Made by a program: the position numbers and the translations under genes. A stretch of DNA of 64,000 nucleotides, taken from Eledone cirrhosa. Taxonomy: Eukaryota. Numbering within the stretch: position 1 is the stretch's first letter; each line of letters starts with the position of its first letter. This document shows, in pieces, positions 57,712 to 64,000 of the stretch. The stretch covers positions 44,020,001 to 44,084,000 of the forward strand of contig OZ024747.1 in NCBI GenBank assembly GCA_964016885.1, in the 5' to 3' direction. Below the pieces are notes generated by a model. The model did no database searches. It was given only the letters and a program-made list of their open reading frames with translations, and was not told where the DNA came from.

Positions 57712-58667
57712 CTCGCTCTCTCTCTCTCTCCCCACGTTGGTCACAGCTGCCTCGGTAAGTATTTGACTGGTACATTATTTATTGATCCAGAAAGAACGAA
57801 AGACAAAGTCATCCTTGGTGGGATTCTAAAGATTCTGCCAATTTTCCATCATATACAGAATGGAAGAAATTCTTCATTTAGAAGAAGAAGAAGAAGAAGA
57901 AGAAGAAGAAGAAGAAGAAGAAGAAGAAGAAGAAGAAGAAGAAGAAGAAGAAGAAGAAGAAGAAGAAGAAGAAGGGGTATCCTAGAACGAATTCTTATTG
58001 TTAATACTTTCATATATTATAGATTTATTTTGAATAACATCACCAGGTCATGTTATGTAATATGCCACACTTTCATGTCACATGTCTTAACCCTATTGCC
58101 TTCTAAATGTATCACCTAATTTAAAGACTTCACAATATATATATATGGGGATAAAAACATGTGACCCTACACAAAATAATATGATTTTCTCTGAAATATA
58201 TCCAAGTCATGTTTAAATGCTTTAATGGTTGAGATTAGTTTGCTGTTAATAACGTTATATATTTCTCTGTTGTATTTGTTTGGCAAGTGACTTGCTCTGA
58301 GAACGTGTGTTGAAAGTAAAGCAGTTACATCATGGACCAGTCATTTCACGCATTTCATGACATTTTTTCGTTTATTTCTTAATAATACTGTCTCCTAAGA
58401 AGTGTCAACACGTTTCGTCGGACTTCTACGTTTGGTCCCTGGCGCAGTTCCACTGAATCTGCCAATTGCTCGATCTAATTAGCCTCATCCTTACAGATGA
58501 AAATTCTTTACAATACATACATTTTCATATTAAACAAGTTCATCTTCAAAGATCAGATGAATAATCCGAAAACCTATAATTGTATATCCTTGTTATGCAC
58601 GTTAACTTGTTATAAAACTAAATTGCAGGTTAACCTATAATACATCCAATATATATATATATATATA

Positions 58668-59432
<765 letters not shown>

Positions 59433-59730
59433 AGATAGATTGAGGAAACGGGCGGGTTGGAATATATATATATATCTGCCGTCGGGGTCATACTTTTTCG
59501 TATATATATATATATATATATATATATCAAGTAAGAATATTTTCGAAACAGCGAGTGGGTTTGAAATCATTAGAAATGTAAGCTATCGCCGTATTTTGAC
59601 TAAAGAAATTAAAGAAATTATTTAGCCTGATAGTGGGGTTAAGAATCCTCGAAGAAATGGAAAAAGATGAGTATTGACGTACATGGGAGTCGAACCCACT
59701 GTGCTACCATTTACACCAACACAACACAGT

Positions 59731-59802
59731 GATGTGTTGGTGTAAATGGTAGCACAGTTGTCCGGATAACCAAAGATGTGGCTTCGACTCCCATGTACGT
59801 CA
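59731..59802 (+). ncRNA. tRNA-like cloverleaf inside a fold-back element (59530-59885)
   Basis: Acceptor GATGTGT/GTACGTC, D arm GTGT-AAATGGTA-GCAC, T arm GTGG(C)-TTCGACT-CCCAT. The anticodon arm is defective. T5 at 59812-59816. Confidence 0.65.
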
Positions 59803-60457
59803 ATACTCATCTTTTTCCATTTCTCCGAGGGTTCTTAACCCCACTATCAGGCTAAATAATTTCTTTAATTTCTTTAGTCAAAACTATATATACATATATA
59901 TATATGGCATTCACTTTTGAATTTATGAGAGCTCGGAATTATTCCTTACAATTTTTCTTTTAGCTTCCCTGACATGTGATATAGCGCGTGGTTTGGAATT
60001 TTTCTCAGGCACGACATTTTTATTCCTTTTAGTAATATATATCTATATATATGTGTGTGTGTGTCTGTGTTTGTGTGTGATATTTATGTATCTGTGATGT
60101 GTATGTGTGTGCATTATAATTATTACTCTATATAGGCATTGCTAAATATATATATTTATATTTACACACACATACATATTGCCGTTTCCAGTCTGTTTGT
60201 ATATCTAAAATTCATGGAGATCTAAAAGATGGTAAAATATGAAAAATGTACATCGTCTTTTACATGTTTATTCGTAGCCATATAACATATGATGAGGCCA
60301 ATTACGAAGTGGCCCATTTAGTATGTTCACTCATGTAAAGAAATAATGCATTTGACCTTTCCCTTACTATGATGATTTCTAGAAAAAAACATCATGAGGA
60401 GTAAGATATTTTCTTTAAAAGCCACAAAAAGAATAGAAATGCAAAGTACAAGTATGT

Positions 60458-60529
<72 letters not shown>

Positions 60530-60531
<2 letters not shown>

Positions 60532-60983
60532 GGTATCCACAGTAAGTTGTGGGGTCAATTCTGCATGAAGAACTCGATGTAATCTATATGTTGAAAGTGT
60601 TGTAGGTTAAGATAAATCTCGGAAAACAATAAAACATTAAAAGGAAAGCAGAGTCATGATATAAGTTAAAACAATGAAAAAAAAATCAAGTCATTAGAGA
60701 TATACTTCACTGCTTTACGATCGTTTCTAGATGATGATAATACATTGTAGCTATACTCCGTTATTGATCTATGTAAGGTTAGTTACAAAATATCAGATAA
60801 AGAGAATTGAAAACAGCTGGTGATATGCATGTAAGTAAATATTCTCTTTATCTGATATTTTGTAACTAACCTTACATTGATCAATAACAGAATATAGCTA
60901 CAATGTATTATCATCATCTAGAAACGATCCTAAAGCAGTGAAGTATATCTCTAATGACTTGATTTTTTATTTCAATGTTTTAA

Positions 60984-60990
<7 letters not shown>
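60530..60990. mobile_element. Inverted-repeat element related to the 32525-32860 pLTR end; decayed long-helix-II HHR
   Basis: Arms 60660-60808 and 60841-60990. CTGATA...ctaGAAACGATC(G/C)TA. The tail motif atgaagaactcRatgtaatc is shared with ~32563. Confidence 0.7.
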
Positions 60991-61026
<36 letters not shown>

Positions 61027-61616
61027 TGGCTGCCAACTCGTTTTTCGAGTACGGCCACTACTTTATATCCATGTAGGAGAACCCCTACCGATGCGCTGAA
61101 CGAGTGTGACTTTTTAGTCCAGCCAGCGACTTGAAAACTCTGGTACAAATTATTGACACATAGTGCTGGGCCCATGGTACCATGTGACGACAAGTGCAGA
61201 GAGATCTCCAGATATAAAGCAATGCCTGTGCCGTGAAGCTTTTATAGTGAGCAAAGGCACTGCACAAAGCCAGTCCCACTCTCTTAACCAAGATGATATT
61301 TACCAAAAAGAAGAACAAGTCAACATCATTGGATACCATCAGGGTTGCAGGTGTTATATCAGAGTTTTCCTTCTCCTAGAATTCTGCCTTGACAAAGGCT
61401 AAGGGGTCATCTCTCCCGGTGATTTTGGATGGTCATTGACTCTTAAGAGCTCCTTTGCCCTTTGACAGGTTTTGTTTTTAGTCCTGCAGGATGTCCAAAG
61501 TCACCCTCCTCACCAAGAAAACTTGGTGGAGTTGCCAGTTTAGTCGCTAACGACCCGACCATGAGACAGGTTGTACTGGGATACATGTTACCAGTAGCAC
61601 CAACTGGTGACCTGAC

Positions 61617-61714
<98 letters not shown>

Positions 61715-62299
61715 TATACATATATATATTTATACATATATATACATATATATATACATATATATATATAAACGTTTGGAGTTAGAAGGCCAAAACAATG
61801 CAGGTATGGATATAGAATATAAATAGAAATGCAAAAGATATTGCTGACAATTAGTCTTTTACCTTAAATTTATTTGAATATCCTTAATTTTCGAGATAAT
61901 ATCTCTTCTTCGGAGGGAAGTAAAGGGGTTAATCCAGTGTTCTAATTAGCTTGCCAAGTCATGCTGACAGGAAATGGTATAGAAATTCCATTCTATTTCT
62001 AATGTCAAAGAGTGAAGGTTAGGTGGATAAAGAGTTGTCTCCCTTTAAAAAGTGGTTTGGACATGTATGTCTAAGTGTGTGTGGGAGAATACGTGAAGGT
62101 GTAAACATGCGTGTGTGTGTGATTATGAGAGGATATGTTTATATGTAAATGTGGGGGTTAGATGCTCTATCATGTTAAAACTGGTCTTTGTGTGTGTATG
62201 TGTGTGAGTGAGAGAGGGTAAGTGGAGGTGTAAGCGTGCGTGTGTGTGAGAGAGGGTACGTGGAGGTGTAAGTGTGGGGCTAGGTGCTCTATCATGTTA

Positions 62300-62765
62300 A
62301 AAATTGGGTGTTGAGTTCTAGTATGTTATTGATTGGTGGTTGCATTTTGTCTATAATCAGTGCTTCTTTAATTCTAAGATTGCCGAGGTTTCTTTCCTTA
62401 GCTTCTATCCTAACTATTATGTTTTTGTTTGTCGGTGTTTTTGCATTTCACTAGGTGTTTCTTAAATGAGGAATCGTTAGTGTTGAGGTGTTCTTTTATT
62501 CTTATGTGAAGTGGTCTGGTGGTGCTACCTATTTAGAAATTGCTGCATTTGTCGCACTCTAATCTGTATAAGACGTAAGCCTGGTGGCATAGGTCTGAGT
62601 CGTTGATGAGGCAGTTGGCTAGCCTGCAGCGGCTGTCTTGTCTGGTGGAGTGTCTTTTGGTTAGCTGTCCGCGTAGAGAAGGTCCTGAGTGGGCTAGCTG
62701 GATATCTAGTCCCTCTCGTCTGATAGCTCTGCGGATGGCTGTTGTTGTTTCGTCACTGAAGTGTG
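62300..62765 (-). pseudogene. PLE GIY-YIG 3' fragment (non-Neptune type), with stops and frameshift
   Basis: CRLANCLI..LC..YVLYRLECDKCSNF*IGSTTRPLHIRIKEH...LRIKEALII..PPIN. A decayed HHR lies downstream at 61881-61918 (-). Confidence 0.8.
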
Positions 62766-63140
62766 ACGAAATATAACTGCCATCTACCTGGCACATGCCC
62801 TTTTCAAAATAGATGCCTAGAGACAAATATAGTATACCTATGTACTATAAATTCAGATAGCTTAGCATGGCATTACATTGGTTCCACAGCTGGGGAGTTT
62901 AAGAAAAGGTGGTACGTACATAGACGCTCTATGACTAACAGGAATCTCTCAAAGACAACGATTCTCGCCAATAAAATCTGGCAACTCAAAGATGCAAACA
63001 TGGAATATAAAATCAGCTGAACAAAGCTATCATAAGCAAAGGCATATCAAATTGGTATGTCCCACTGTGGTCTCTGTAATATGGAACTTTTTCCAAATTT
63101 TAAATTATAACAAAATTCTTCTTAACAGTAAAATTGAAAA
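62765..63140 (+). pseudogene. PLE (Neptune-type) GIY-YIG 3' fragment
   Basis: NCHLPGTCPFQNRCLETNIVYLC, YIGSTAGEFKKRW..H, LANKIWQLK, then CGLC after a stop/frameshift. Confidence 0.82.
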
Positions 63141-63733
63141 AGCTATTTTTTGACGACATAAATCAGCGACTAAATTTGAGAACTTTAGACCAGCTTAATT
63201 CCATCTTATCTATTCCATAACCCAGATTGTACCACTTGGATCTATTTTGATAACAGATTATCAACATCATCATCATTATAATTATAATTATAATTGTCAT
63301 CATCTATCAAAGAACAACATCAAAACCTCTTATATTTACATTCTTATTTTATATAACACAATTTTTCACTCTTTATCTTTATATTTCTCTCCCTAAATTT
63401 ATTTCATCTCAGTCATTTTATTTTATCATATAATATAACTTAAAACTAATTAATTTATTTATTTATTAAAATAACCAATACACACATAAATATATTTAAC
63501 ATTATCATATTTTCACCTTATTATCTCTCCATATATTTCAACAATTCTCAAAAACCATTCTTAATTTTAATATGTTTAAATATTCTTCGTACATTTTTTA
63601 CTCTTTTTACTCTTTTTACGTATTTATTTGAATTCTTCATTTTTCACATTTTATACGATTTTATATCACATTAGATTTAACTTATCTATTTATTTATTTA
63701 TTTATTTATCAATTTTTATATATTTTGTTATCC

Positions 63734-63859
<126 letters not shown>

Positions 63860-64000
63860 TAAACGGAATAGAAAATGCTGACAAATTGTTCACAGTGAAA
63901 AATAGTTTAATTATGAATAAATGAGAATTAGTAATTGTATTGGTTAGTAATCAGTTTTGGTTTTAAGTTTTACCGGTTGCGCATTTCTAAATGCTTTTCA

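Noticed and set aside
59731-59802. Functional tRNA gene
   Set aside because: The anticodon stem is mispaired, U33 is absent, the T stem has a mismatch, and it lies within a repeated fold-back element.
60287-60325. ATGATGA GGCCA..TGGCC hairpin, and CTGACAA..GAAA at ~63878
   Set aside because: The GAAA or helix I element is missing; too decayed to call.
63018-63020. TGA in the GIY-YIG fragment as possible selenocysteine recoding
   Set aside because: It aligns with a conserved Trp (LDW/ISW), and further frameshifts follow, so simple decay is more likely.

Overview
Eukaryotic, AT-rich, microsatellite-saturated DNA with no convincing host protein-coding gene. The SINE families and (TA)n/(CA)n/(AAT)n density resemble an octopus/cephalopod genome (inference, not verified). 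Most ORFs in the supplied track are microsatellite artefacts. Real coding content is retroelement-derived: a Neptune-type Penelope-like element (PLE; RT plus an inverted GIY-YIG piece), two more PLE GIY-YIG fragments, a near full-length frameshifted Tx1/L1-type LINE plus a paralogous fragment, R4/Dong-type 3' ends and RTE fragments. There is also a U6 pseudogene, many tRNA-derived SINEs, a MITE, a 26-bp minisatellite and a 200-N gap. The main unexplained signal is a dense set of type I hammerhead ribozyme (HHR) motifs. By hand I count about 29 with an intact CUGANGA...GAAA core plus several decayed ones, in roughly ten sequence families. Most lie in small non-coding elements embedded in (TA)n runs, and many of these elements are inverted pairs with both 3' ends pointing outward. 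The clearest case is a near-perfect 300-bp tandem array (about 12 units, 11 ribozymes, one internal inversion) that looks like a young retrozyme concatemer. All coordinates were read by eye and may be off by a few bases.
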